IMG/VR virus record: IMGVR_UViG_3300017991_000062
Coordinates: 49,078-113,077 of that record
From: a virus
Length of the DNA: 64,000 nt
Direction: 5' to 3' (one strand)
Position numbers and translations under genes: made by a program
Part shown: piece by piece, positions 38,544-47,202 of the stretch
Position numbering within the stretch: the stretch's first letter is position 1
Layout: each line of letters starts with the position of its first letter
Notes under the pieces: model-generated
Database searches by the model: none
Told to the model about the DNA's origin: nothing
What the model saw: the letters and a program-made list of their open reading frames with translations, nothing else

Positions 38544-39938
38544 GTGAAGCGCAGCCGGCCACAACTTCAGCGCGGGACGTGCCTGTTCGACCTGCACACT
38601 TGGGCCGGCGGCAAGCCTCCCCTCTCGGTGCAGTACTTCGTCAACCGGCATTCGCTGCCTGTGGTGACCGACCCTTCCGACCTGGGCGAGTTCCGAACCG
38701 TGCTGTTCTCCCTGCACACTGCCCGCGACGCGCTCAAGGTGGCGCGGCTCGCTCACCACAAGGCCCCGGGTCAGGAGTGGATTGCCGGCGGCGGCGCCGC
38801 GGTGAACCCGACGCCCGTGTCGTGGCTGATGGACTATGTGCTCGTCGGTGATGGCTTCGAGGCGTTCCCGCTCCTGCTCCAGGGTGAGCGTGAGCTAGAG
38901 GGCCTGTTCGATTGCCAAGCCCGCGACCCGGTGCGCTACCGGGACGAGGGGATCTTCCCCGAGCCGTATGCTCCGCGCAACCTGCTCCTGACCGTGGGCT
39001 GCCGGCATCGGTGCGCGTTCTGCATCAGCCCTTGGAGGCGTCAGTACCGCGAGCAGAGCCCGGCCGTGGTGCAGCGCTTCATCGCTGACGCGCCTTGCTC
39101 GCAGCTCGGGCTCACCACGACCAGCGCGGTCGACGTGTCCTACCACGCCGACCTCCTGGAGTGGCTTCGCGAGCACGGCCGCATCAACAACTCGATGAGC
39201 AACACGGTTCGCGGCGTCTCTGAGGGCGCCCTCACCGGCTGGAAGGGCAACATCCTCTTCGGCCTGGAGGGCATGCGCGAGGAGGTGCGCGGCTTCGTCA
39301 ACAAGCCCATCCCGGAGTCGCTGGCCCTGGAGAAGGTGTTGCTCGCGCTGCGGCACGGGTGGAAGGTGCGGCTCACCTATCAGTTCAACCTCCCGGGCGA
39401 CCGCCCCTCCGGCGTGGAGAACGTGCGCAGCCTGGTCGAGAAGGTACGCCGCGAGCTGCGCAAGGGCCAGCTCGAAGTCTCGTTTATCCCGCATCAGCCG
39501 TCGCCATTCACTCCGATGCAGTGGGAGCGGCCACGGTGGGACGAGGAGACGCGACGGGCGATCCTGGACATGCGCAAGTCCTACTTCGGCAGCGGTAAGA
39601 CCGGCGTGAGCGTGTTCGTGCCGACGCCGCTCGGCGCCCCGAGGTGGGTGACCCAGATCGTGTCCGAGCGCATCCCGGTGACGCCCGGCGTGGTGAAGGC
39701 GATGGATGCCATCCCGGCCACGGCCAGCTTCGAGAAAGCGGTGGACGTGCTGGAGTCCCACGGTGTCGATGCTGCGCGCTGGTTCAGGCGCCAGAGCACG
39801 AACGAGGCGCTCCCCTGGGAGTATGTCGAGGTCCATACCAGTCGCGAGCGTCTGCTCGCGGAGTTCAACAAATTGCGGCGCCGTGTCCAGCGGCGTGAAC
39901 GTCAACGGCCAACTGCGGGGGAATCCGATGCCGCGTAG
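38544..39938 (+). CDS. Radical SAM protein with B12-binding-like N-terminal domain
   Basis: GCRHRCAFC (CxxxCxxC), IAGG...NP......D.VLVGDG, FGLEG, LPG, FIP..PFTPMQW. Confidence 0.85.
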   Translation: MKRSRPQLQRGTCLFDLHTWAGGKPPLSVQYFVNRHSLPVVTDPSDLGEFRTVLFSLHTARDALKVARLAHHKAPGQEWIAGGGAAVNPTPVSWLMDYVLVGDGFEAFPLLLQGERELEGLFDCQARDPVRYRDEGIFPEPYAPRNLLLTVGCRHRCAFCISPWRRQYREQSPAVVQRFIADAPCSQLGLTTTSAVDVSYHADLLEWLREHGRINNSMSNTVRGVSEGALTGWKGNILFGLEGMREEVRGFVNKPIPESLALEKVLLALRHGWKVRLTYQFNLPGDRPSGVENVRSLVEKVRRELRKGQLEVSFIPHQPSPFTPMQWERPRWDEETRRAILDMRKSYFGSGKTGVSVFVPTPLGAPRWVTQIVSERIPVTPGVVKAMDAIPATASFEKAVDVLESHGVDAARWFRRQSTNEALPWEYVEVHTSRERLLAEFNKLRRRVQRRERQRPTAGESDAA

Positions 39939-41328
39939 GAGTGAGGGCCTGTCTGCGGGCCTGGCGGAAAGATACGACGAGGCGATGGTGGTGTTGCTGG
40001 AGCACGAGCCCCCCGAGGGCTACCACCTCGCATTCAGTGGCGGCAAGGACAGCATCGTCCTCAAGGCCCTGGCCGACGACGCGATGGTGCGGTACGACGC
40101 CCACTACAACGTCACCACCATCGACCCCCCGGAGGTGACTGCCTTCATCCGCGAGCACCACCCCGACGTCGTGTGGGACCGCCCCTCGCGTTCGTTCTTC
40201 CGGTGGATGCAGACGCAGGGCTTCCCCCTGCGTCACAAGCGCTGGTGTTGTCGCAAGCTGAAGGAGCGCAAGGCGCCCGGTCGCACGGTGCTGCTCGGGC
40301 TGCGCCACGAGGAGAGTTTCGGGCGGTCGGGCAAGGAGGTCGTCGACACCCGCGGCGACGAGGTACACGTCCACCCGATCCTGGAGTGGTCGAGCGACGA
40401 GGTGTGGGAGTTCATCAGGGCGCGCGGGCTGCCGTATCCGTCGCCCTATGACGAGGGCTTCCACCGGCTCGGCTGTCTGTTCTGCCCGTTCAAGTCGCAG
40501 GCGGTGCGGGATGCCGAGGCGGCTCGCTACCCGAAGTTCGTGCGGGCCTTCGAGCGGGCCTTCGTCCGAGCCTGGACCCGTGGCCAGGAGCGGGGCCTCA
40601 AGGGCTTCGCCCGGTGGCGGTCGGGCGAGGAGATGTTCGCCTGGTGGATGCAGCGCGACGAGAAGCTGCCCCCCATCATCCAGCCCGAGCCCCGGGTGCT
40701 CCCGCCCGTGAAGCGCCGGGTGCTGACCAGCGTGGTGAGCTACCCTGACCGCGGGCCGTGGGGCGACCACGCCTTCCGGGGCAACTGCTCCGGTCACCTG
40801 CTCGTGGACCTGTGCTGCTACTTCGCCCCGGCGTGCGTCATGGACCCGATGGAGGGCAGTGGCACCACCCGCGATGTCTGTGCCGACCTGGGTATCGACT
40901 ACACCGGCTTCGACCTGTCCAATGGCGAGGACCAGAACGTGTTCAAGCAGCCGTGGCAACCGGAGCGGTTCGACCTGGTGTTCTGTCACCCGCCCTACGC
41001 AGACATGATTCCCTATGGCGAGGAACCGCCCTGCCTCTCGACGTTGAAGCCCGCGCAGTTCGGCAAGGTGCTCGTCAAGCTGGCCGAGCTGCTACTCACC
41101 CACGCTGTAGCCGAGGGCGGCCACCTCGCGATCCTGGTCGGCTCGCTGCGGCGCGGTGGGCGCATCTGGAACTTCGCCCGCGACCTCATCGAGTGGCGTG
41201 AGCCGAGCGAGCCAGAGATTATCAAGGTGCAGCACCACGTCACCAGCTCGGCCACGCGCACCGGGATGATGTACGGCAACCCGTTCATCCCCATCGTGGA
41301 CGAGCGCGTCTTGATCTGGAGGAAGTGA
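39928..41328 (+). CDS. PAPS-reductase-family domain fused to amino-DNA methyltransferase
   Basis: FSGGKDS, RWCC..LKE, GLR.EES..R, PILEW, RLGCLFCP; then WGD..FRGNCSG, DPMEGSGTT (motif I), HPPY (motif IV). Confidence 0.85.
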   Translation: MPRRSEGLSAGLAERYDEAMVVLLEHEPPEGYHLAFSGGKDSIVLKALADDAMVRYDAHYNVTTIDPPEVTAFIREHHPDVVWDRPSRSFFRWMQTQGFPLRHKRWCCRKLKERKAPGRTVLLGLRHEESFGRSGKEVVDTRGDEVHVHPILEWSSDEVWEFIRARGLPYPSPYDEGFHRLGCLFCPFKSQAVRDAEAARYPKFVRAFERAFVRAWTRGQERGLKGFARWRSGEEMFAWWMQRDEKLPPIIQPEPRVLPPVKRRVLTSVVSYPDRGPWGDHAFRGNCSGHLLVDLCCYFAPACVMDPMEGSGTTRDVCADLGIDYTGFDLSNGEDQNVFKQPWQPERFDLVFCHPPYADMIPYGEEPPCLSTLKPAQFGKVLVKLAELLLTHAVAEGGHLAILVGSLRRGGRIWNFARDLIEWREPSEPEIIKVQHHVTSSATRTGMMYGNPFIPIVDERVLIWRK

Positions 41329-41510
41329 TGCCCGTCATCGGCCGGCACAGCTTCGGCGCTAAGTGCATCCGCTGCGGTGCTCCGGGCGCCGAGGAAAGCA
41401 AGGTGCGCGCCCCGAGCACTGCGGACAAGCCCGCGAAGATCGGGGCCGGCTACTTCCACGTCGTCCGCAAGTGCAAGCGCTGCGGCTTCACCTGGAAGAA
41501 GAAACAATGA
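41325..41510 (+). CDS. Small Zn-ribbon protein
   Basis: CIRC...CKRC. Confidence 0.5.
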   Translation: MMPVIGRHSFGAKCIRCGAPGAEESKVRAPSTADKPAKIGAGYFHVVRKCKRCGFTWKKKQ

Positions 41511-41806
41511 GGGCCGCGGCTGTCGCCCTGCTTCTGGTGCTCGTGGGCTGCTATCCCGAGCCGCGGCCATGCCCCGACGTGGCGGCCCTGCGCGAGCGTC
41601 TGAAAGCGCTGGAGGCCGAGGTCGCTGCGATGCACTCCGGGTCGATTCGGTCCTGTGCCATCCTGGCCGAGCGGTGCGAGAGCATGGCGGCCCTCGTGGA
41701 CGGTTCGCTGCGGAGCTTCATCGAGGCTCACGTCGACCCCGCCGAGCGCGCCAGGCGTGAAAACCGGGTGAGCGAGTTCCGAGGCGTCGGTGGTGGCTCG
41801 GACTGA
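41507..41806 (+). CDS. Putative lipoprotein
   Basis: MRAAAVALLLVLVGC lipobox, coiled coil. Confidence 0.55.
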   Translation: MRAAAVALLLVLVGCYPEPRPCPDVAALRERLKALEAEVAAMHSGSIRSCAILAERCESMAALVDGSLRSFIEAHVDPAERARRENRVSEFRGVGGGSD

Positions 41807-41813
41807 CCTGATG

Positions 41814-41841
41814 CCCGACAGCCGACCGGATCTGGAACTGT
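41814..41841 (+). promoter_or_regulatory. Phage-specific promoter motif copy 4
   Basis: CCCG-N17-GAACTGT, intergenic. Confidence 0.65.
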
Positions 41842-41878
41842 CCTGTGCCGACCCGCTGCGAGCGGGTGGAGGAAGACG

Positions 41879-42208
41879 ATGCTGAACAGCGCACAGCTCA
41901 AGGAGGCACTCCAGGCCGCGGCCGAGCCGACGATGCTGACGCCTGCCGAGCGGCGCGGTGCGAACAAGCTGCTCGCGAGCACCGGCTTCGTCCGACGCCT
42001 ACACAAAGCGCTGGACGAGCACACGAAGGAGCGAGTGGTGCGCGCCCCGACGCTGGCGAGTGAGCTGGCCGAGTTGTTCAGTAGCACCACGACCACGGCC
42101 ATCAAGGCGGCCGAACGCCTGTGCGAGCTGTACCTGGTGCTCCCCGCCTTCCCTGACGTGAGATACCTGCGAAGCCCGAAGGCACGGGCGAAGAAGAGGA
42201 GGAGATGA
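41879..42208 (+). CDS. Hypothetical protein
   Basis: RBS ggagga. Confidence 0.55.
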   Translation: MLNSAQLKEALQAAAEPTMLTPAERRGANKLLASTGFVRRLHKALDEHTKERVVRAPTLASELAELFSSTTTTAIKAAERLCELYLVLPAFPDVRYLRSPKARAKKRRR

Positions 42209-43074
42209 TGGACTACGACCGCTTCCTGGGCGGCTGGATTGGCGCGGCCCTGGGCAGTGCCCTCGGCCGGTTCACCGAGGGCCAGTCGCCGCAGTGGGTG
42301 GAGGACCAGTACCCCCGCGGCCTGCGCCGCTTCCCCGAGGAGAGCCGGCCCGGCGCCGATGCGATCCTCGCCTACGACACCAGCGACGTCATCTCCAGCC
42401 GGCGCGAGTTCCCGCGGGCGGTCGGCTCCATCGCCAACCCCTACTCGGCCTTCCTGCGCGTCCTGCCGGCCGGCCTCGCCGCCGCGGCGGCCGGGCTCAC
42501 CGAGGCCGAGCTGGACGACATCGCCGTCGAGGCCATGCTCCAGGACCGCGAGCCCAAGCCGGCCGCGGCCATCCTTGGCGCGCTGCTCTACGCCCGGCTC
42601 CTGCGGCAGCTCGTGCTCGGGATGCCGGCCGACGAGGAGATCGACCAGTGTCTCTTCGGCCCCATCGAGCACATCGAGCGGCCGTCGCCGGCCCTGGTGC
42701 TCACCGAGCCCGGCGAGACGCAGACCGAGGCGTGGGGCGTGGCCCGCATCACCGTCACCGAGGGCGTCGGTGCTGGCCTGCGCAGCCTGGAGCGCTTCGA
42801 CTTCCTGGACGACCTGCTCGACCCGAACCTGCTCGCGATGGCGGTCGTCGCCTGGGCGCTCACCACCGACAAGGCGGTCGACCGTGGTCTGGAATACCTC
42901 ATCGCCCGCGGCGGTTCGGCCAGCGACCTCGGCATGATTGGCGGCGCCGTCATCGGCGCCCGCGACGGCTTCAAGGACATCCCCCAGGGCTTCCTCCGGG
43001 GCCTGTCCGAGCTGCCGAGCATGGTCGAGGCCGGGAATCGCCTGTTCAAGGCGGCCGAGGACTACCGGCGGTGA
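42205..43074 (+). CDS. ADP-ribosylglycohydrolase (DraG/ARH) fold protein, catalytic motifs degenerate
   Basis: DRFLGGWIGAALGSALG; GG.ASDLGMIGGAVIGARDG..DIP. Confidence 0.7.
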   Translation: MMDYDRFLGGWIGAALGSALGRFTEGQSPQWVEDQYPRGLRRFPEESRPGADAILAYDTSDVISSRREFPRAVGSIANPYSAFLRVLPAGLAAAAAGLTEAELDDIAVEAMLQDREPKPAAAILGALLYARLLRQLVLGMPADEEIDQCLFGPIEHIERPSPALVLTEPGETQTEAWGVARITVTEGVGAGLRSLERFDFLDDLLDPNLLAMAVVAWALTTDKAVDRGLEYLIARGGSASDLGMIGGAVIGARDGFKDIPQGFLRGLSELPSMVEAGNRLFKAAEDYRR

Positions 43075-43173
43075 GGGCTTGGCTCCTGCGGGCTGCGCTC
43101 GTGGCGGCCGTAGCAGCGGCCGGCGCGGGCTGGACGCTGCTACTCGGACGCATGCTGGAGGGATGCTGGAGGG

Positions 43174-43506
43174 ATGCTGATGGCGAAGTACCGACCATGC
43201 GACAACTGCGGAGCGGTTCGCAAGCGCGAGCGCGACCAGGGTATCTGTATCGCGGCGCGCCCCAAGGGCAAGCCGACGCGCTACTACTGCGCGAAGCCGG
43301 GCTGTCAGGCCGCGGCCTCGGCCTACCTGGGCGTCCTGGGCACGACCGACCTCATCCCGAAGTCGGTGCGTGACCGCAGAGCGCGTGAGGCGCGGGAGAA
43401 CCGCGAGGCCGCGGCTGTGCCTGCGCCGGCCGCACCGAAGCCGAAGAAGGCCGTGAAGCGGGCGCGCCCCAAGCCCATCCGGCAGCGGCCGGTCCTGGCG
43501 AGCTGA
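43174..43506 (+). CDS. Hypothetical Zn-binding basic protein
   Basis: CDNC...CAKPGC. Confidence 0.5.
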   Translation: MLMAKYRPCDNCGAVRKRERDQGICIAARPKGKPTRYYCAKPGCQAAASAYLGVLGTTDLIPKSVRDRRAREARENREAAAVPAPAAPKPKKAVKRARPKPIRQRPVLAS

Positions 43507-44171
43507 TGGGCAAGGCGATTATGAAGCGCTCGGCCGAGGAGCGCCGGCTCCTGGTCGAGCTGACCCGGCAGGCTCTCGCCGAGCACAAGGGCGACCAGGA
43601 GATTCTGAACGAGGTGCTCGCGCGGTTCGACCTCGACGGTATCCGCGAGCTGACTACCCTGAAGCGCATGGTCCGCGACGAGGAGCGTGGCGAGATCGAG
43701 GGTCGGTCTGCGATGGACTCGTTCCTGGACTACCGCCGCGACATGCTGGCCGTCGCCCGCAAGCTGGATGAGTTCGTGGAGGACCTGTCGGGCAAGGACG
43801 TTCACCAGGGCGCCATCCCGACAGCGCTGCGGGCCAAGGCCGACATCATCGACAAGGTGTTCACCCGTGGCCAGGAGGCCGGCGTCATCCAGGGCCGCGC
43901 CGCGGGGCCTGGCGGTGTCCTGGTCGGTGGGCTCATCATCGGCGACTTGTCCGACGCCGACATCGTGAAACACCTGCACGAGCTGCAAGCCGGCTTCCGA
44001 GAGCTGGTGAAGCGGGTGAGCGCCCCGATGTTGCCCGGCGGCTACAGGTTCACCAAGTCGCCCGAGGAGCTTGGCGAGGATGTGGTGGATGTATCCCCTG
44101 CCCCGGCCAAGGCCGAGCCCGAGAAGAAGCGCAGCCGCAGGAAGCGGCCTGTGCGCAGGAGGCCCGTCTGA
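43506..44171 (+). CDS. Hypothetical helical protein (terminase small subunit-like possible)
   Basis: Helical, with DLSDADI C-terminal motif; assignment weak. Confidence 0.35.
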   Translation: MGKAIMKRSAEERRLLVELTRQALAEHKGDQEILNEVLARFDLDGIRELTTLKRMVRDEERGEIEGRSAMDSFLDYRRDMLAVARKLDEFVEDLSGKDVHQGAIPTALRAKADIIDKVFTRGQEAGVIQGRAAGPGGVLVGGLIIGDLSDADIVKHLHELQAGFRELVKRVSAPMLPGGYRFTKSPEELGEDVVDVSPAPAKAEPEKKRSRRKRPVRRRPV

Positions 44172-45250
44172 TGCTGGTGCGCCTGCCGTGGGAGTGGGAA
44201 GTCGCCATCTGCTGCGCCCTCAACCTCGCCGAGATGTGGTCGCTCCGACCGGAGCAGCGGCCATCGAGCCAGGAGATTTCGGACGACGAGGGGCTCGGCA
44301 GGACGCCCCACTACCTGTCGCGCTCGATCCTGCCCAACCTGGTCAAGGCCGGGGTGCTCACTCACCAGCGGAAGCAGCCGATGGGCTACCGGCTCGCTCG
44401 TACCCCGTCGCGCATCACGCTCTATGACATCGTCGCCGGGGTGTTCAACTACCGTGGCGAGGGCGTCGTCAACCACCTGTCCAAGCGCCTGCCGAGGGCA
44501 GAGATCCGACGCTACCGCTCTTCGCGCGGCCTGCGCTGCCCCGGGGAGTATGCCTTCGGCGGCCTGGACGAGTTCGTGACTGCCTACCTGAAGCGGATTA
44601 CGCTGTCGAAGATGCTCGCGGCCAACCTGGGCCTGACGGCGAAGGTGCTGTATCGGGACGCCTATGCGAAGTCCCGCTACCCCGTGTCGCTGCTCGACAG
44701 GGTGCGCCCGGTGCTCTTGGAGTTCTGTCCGCTGGTCGAGAATTGGAGAGGCTCCATCATCGCCTGGGCGCACAGCCCGGTCGCTGACCCGCTGCTCAAC
44801 GGGTTCGAGATGTGGATGCGCGCTCTTCACAAGCGCTACCTGACCGCACCGCGCCGTATCGGGTCGCAGCAACTCTACGAGCTGCGCCTGGAGGTGCAGA
44901 GCTTCGCAGGGCGAACCGAGCCTGGCGCCACCTTCGGGAAGTACCGGATCTGGGAACGCAACCTCGCGACTCACCACTGCCACGACCGGGCCGGCTACAT
45001 CGCCGCGGTCCAGGTGCAGCCGTGGCGAGGCTACGAGTCCTTCCAGGTGTTCTGCACCGACAGGGAGCGGCTACTCGACTTCGCTGCGTCGGTGCGCTTC
45101 AAGGACACGGACGGCATCACCGAGGATGGCCCAGGCGCGCCGCTGCCACCGGCTGACGTGGGCCAGCTCACCGCGGATGGATGCTGGAGCTACATCGACC
45201 GGCGCAGGGACGCGAACGACATCTACCGGGGGCTGGCAGGTGAAGGCTGA
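44171..45250 (+). CDS. Rrf2-family wHTH fused to an unknown C-terminal region
   Basis: HYLSRSILPNLVKAGVL...GYRLAR.P..ITLYDIV; LKRITLSKML. Confidence 0.7.
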   Translation: MLVRLPWEWEVAICCALNLAEMWSLRPEQRPSSQEISDDEGLGRTPHYLSRSILPNLVKAGVLTHQRKQPMGYRLARTPSRITLYDIVAGVFNYRGEGVVNHLSKRLPRAEIRRYRSSRGLRCPGEYAFGGLDEFVTAYLKRITLSKMLAANLGLTAKVLYRDAYAKSRYPVSLLDRVRPVLLEFCPLVENWRGSIIAWAHSPVADPLLNGFEMWMRALHKRYLTAPRRIGSQQLYELRLEVQSFAGRTEPGATFGKYRIWERNLATHHCHDRAGYIAAVQVQPWRGYESFQVFCTDRERLLDFAASVRFKDTDGITEDGPGAPLPPADVGQLTADGCWSYIDRRRDANDIYRGLAGEG

Positions 45251-46328
45251 CGAGCTACGACGGCGCTTCGCCAAGCGGCCCTCCTGCTTCGGCCAGTACG
45301 AGGAGCACCGGGAGGGGGACGGTTGCCTCGTGTGCGCATCGTTTGGCGAGTGCCTGGAGGAGAGTGCTGGTGAAGCCGAGGAGCCCGATCCCGAGATAGT
45401 CGAAGCGCAGTGCGGTCACTGCCGCCACTTCCAACTCGAAATCGATGGCGGCCCTGTCGGGCACTGCACCGGCCACGGCAAGGCCGTCTTCTCGGCGGAT
45501 ACCCCGTGCCCCACGTTCCACCCTGCGGATGTCCCTCCTATGCTGCGGGCCGATGCCCGGTGCAAGGACTGCGCGCACCTACAGTTCGACGGGCATGCTC
45601 TCCTCAAGTTCTGTGAGCTGCGGTCGATGGACCGCCACGGCGACGACAGAGCGTGCGACCGCTTCAACCCGCGCGAGCCGAAGCATGCTGCCGGTCAGAC
45701 CCCGATCAACCTGCCGGGGTGTTTCGCCACCTACAACCCGGGGCGCACGGACGGCAAGGACTGCACCGACTGTGAGTTCAGTCGGCAGTGCGAGGGCGTG
45801 CGCCGCAGAGCTTTCGAGCACCCGCCACCGAAGCGGGTTATCAAGTTCGACCGTGGCGAGTTGGACGACGAGGCCATCGAGCGTGTCAGGGAGTTTGTCG
45901 AGCAGCAGAGGCGGGGGATGTCCGATGCGCTTGTGGTCCCGAAGGGGATGCTAGCAGAACCGATCCCGCCTGTCAGCGCGCCAGAGCCAGAGCCCGACAA
46001 AGAGCCGCGCGAAGAGACGGCCATGTTCAAGTCGCGGGCTGGCGACGAGAGCTACGTCGTGCCGGCTATCGCGCTCACTAGCCGTGCCCAGGGCACAGCC
46101 CACAAGATAGCGAGCTACGCTTGCGGCGACTACCCTGACCCGGCCGTGCTTCAGCTCGCGAACTACGCGATCCGGTGCCTCGCTGCCACGTCCGACAGCG
46201 TAGATGCCGCGGCACAGCGGCTCGATGTGGTGGTGCAGCGGCAAGTTCCCGCCACGACATCGCAGCCGCACCGGCAGCGGCAGGTCGTGTCGATCCTGGC
46301 CAGCGTTATCAAGACCAGAGCCCTGTGA
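45240..46328 (+). CDS. Multi-Cys-module protein
   Basis: Two PxCF..CxxC modules plus two CxxCxH..C..C modules; GTG start overlapping the previous gene. Confidence 0.65.
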   Translation: MKADELRRRFAKRPSCFGQYEEHREGDGCLVCASFGECLEESAGEAEEPDPEIVEAQCGHCRHFQLEIDGGPVGHCTGHGKAVFSADTPCPTFHPADVPPMLRADARCKDCAHLQFDGHALLKFCELRSMDRHGDDRACDRFNPREPKHAAGQTPINLPGCFATYNPGRTDGKDCTDCEFSRQCEGVRRRAFEHPPPKRVIKFDRGELDDEAIERVREFVEQQRRGMSDALVVPKGMLAEPIPPVSAPEPEPDKEPREETAMFKSRAGDESYVVPAIALTSRAQGTAHKIASYACGDYPDPAVLQLANYAIRCLAATSDSVDAAAQRLDVVVQRQVPATTSQPHRQRQVVSILASVIKTRAL

Positions 46329-46338
46329 GGAGGAACCG

Positions 46339-47202
46339 ATGAGTGAGCACAAGCCGACCGTCGTGGTCGACCTGCTCGGTGTGCTGTGCGTGACCGAGAC
46401 CGACCTCGAACTGGATGACCCGGCCATCTTGCGGCCTGGCGCGCGAGCCTTTCTCGTGGCGCTGAACGCGAAGGGCTATCAGGTGCAGGTGCACTCCCTG
46501 CTCCCTGCCCCGGTGGCCAAGGAGTTCCTCAAGCAACACAACCTCGTCGGCTTGGTCGCCACGGTGACGGAGGGCAAGGCTCCCCTCACCCGCTATCTGG
46601 ACCCGCTCGCTGTGCGGTTCGAGGGTGACTTCAACGCGGTCTACTCGGCGCTCGATGCCGAGCCGTTCTGGGCTGGCAAGCCGTCCGCGGCCAAGGGGCC
46701 GTTCAAGAAGACCGAGACGGTCCAGAGCTTGCGGATCAAGCTCCTGGAGGCCGAGCAACGCATGGCGACGACGCTGCGGGTGCAGCTCCATCGGTGGGCC
46801 GAGGAGATGGGGTGGCCGGATGACATGCTGGAGGCCCTGGTGGAGCTGCTCTCCGCGAAGCTGGTGCCCGGCCGGGACTGGTCCGTGTTCGAGATTGCCC
46901 GCGAGGAGGCGGCCGGCTACAAGGCGCTCATCGCAGACCTCGGCCGGCGCCTCTCCGAGCTGATGCAGATGTATCGGGAGCGTGATGCCCAGTGCACCGC
47001 GCTTCGCCAGGCCGTCCCGGCTGACCGCGAGGCCCAGGCCAAGACCGAGGCCGAGCTGGAGGTGGCGAACGCGACCATCGAAGCCCTCCGACACGAGATT
47101 AGCATTCTGAAGCGTGGCCCGCTCGCGGTGGCAGATGAGAACTGTAGTGGTGAGGAGCTGGACGACGTGGTCGCAGACGCGATGGAAGAGGAGCAACAGT
47201 GA
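46339..47202 (+). CDS. HAD-like N-terminal domain + coiled coil
   Basis: VVVDLLGVL...PGARAFL..L...GY.V.VHS (degenerate DxD motif). Confidence 0.55.
   Translation: MSEHKPTVVVDLLGVLCVTETDLELDDPAILRPGARAFLVALNAKGYQVQVHSLLPAPVAKEFLKQHNLVGLVATVTEGKAPLTRYLDPLAVRFEGDFNAVYSALDAEPFWAGKPSAAKGPFKKTETVQSLRIKLLEAEQRMATTLRVQLHRWAEEMGWPDDMLEALVELLSAKLVPGRDWSVFEIAREEAAGYKALIADLGRRLSELMQMYRERDAQCTALRQAVPADREAQAKTEAELEVANATIEALRHEISILKRGPLAVADENCSGEELDDVVADAMEEEQQ
47118..47145 (+). promoter_or_regulatory. Phage-specific promoter motif copy 5 (inside the 3' end of the upstream gene)
   Basis: CCCG-N17-GAACTGT, about 54 nt before the start at 47199. Confidence 0.55.
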
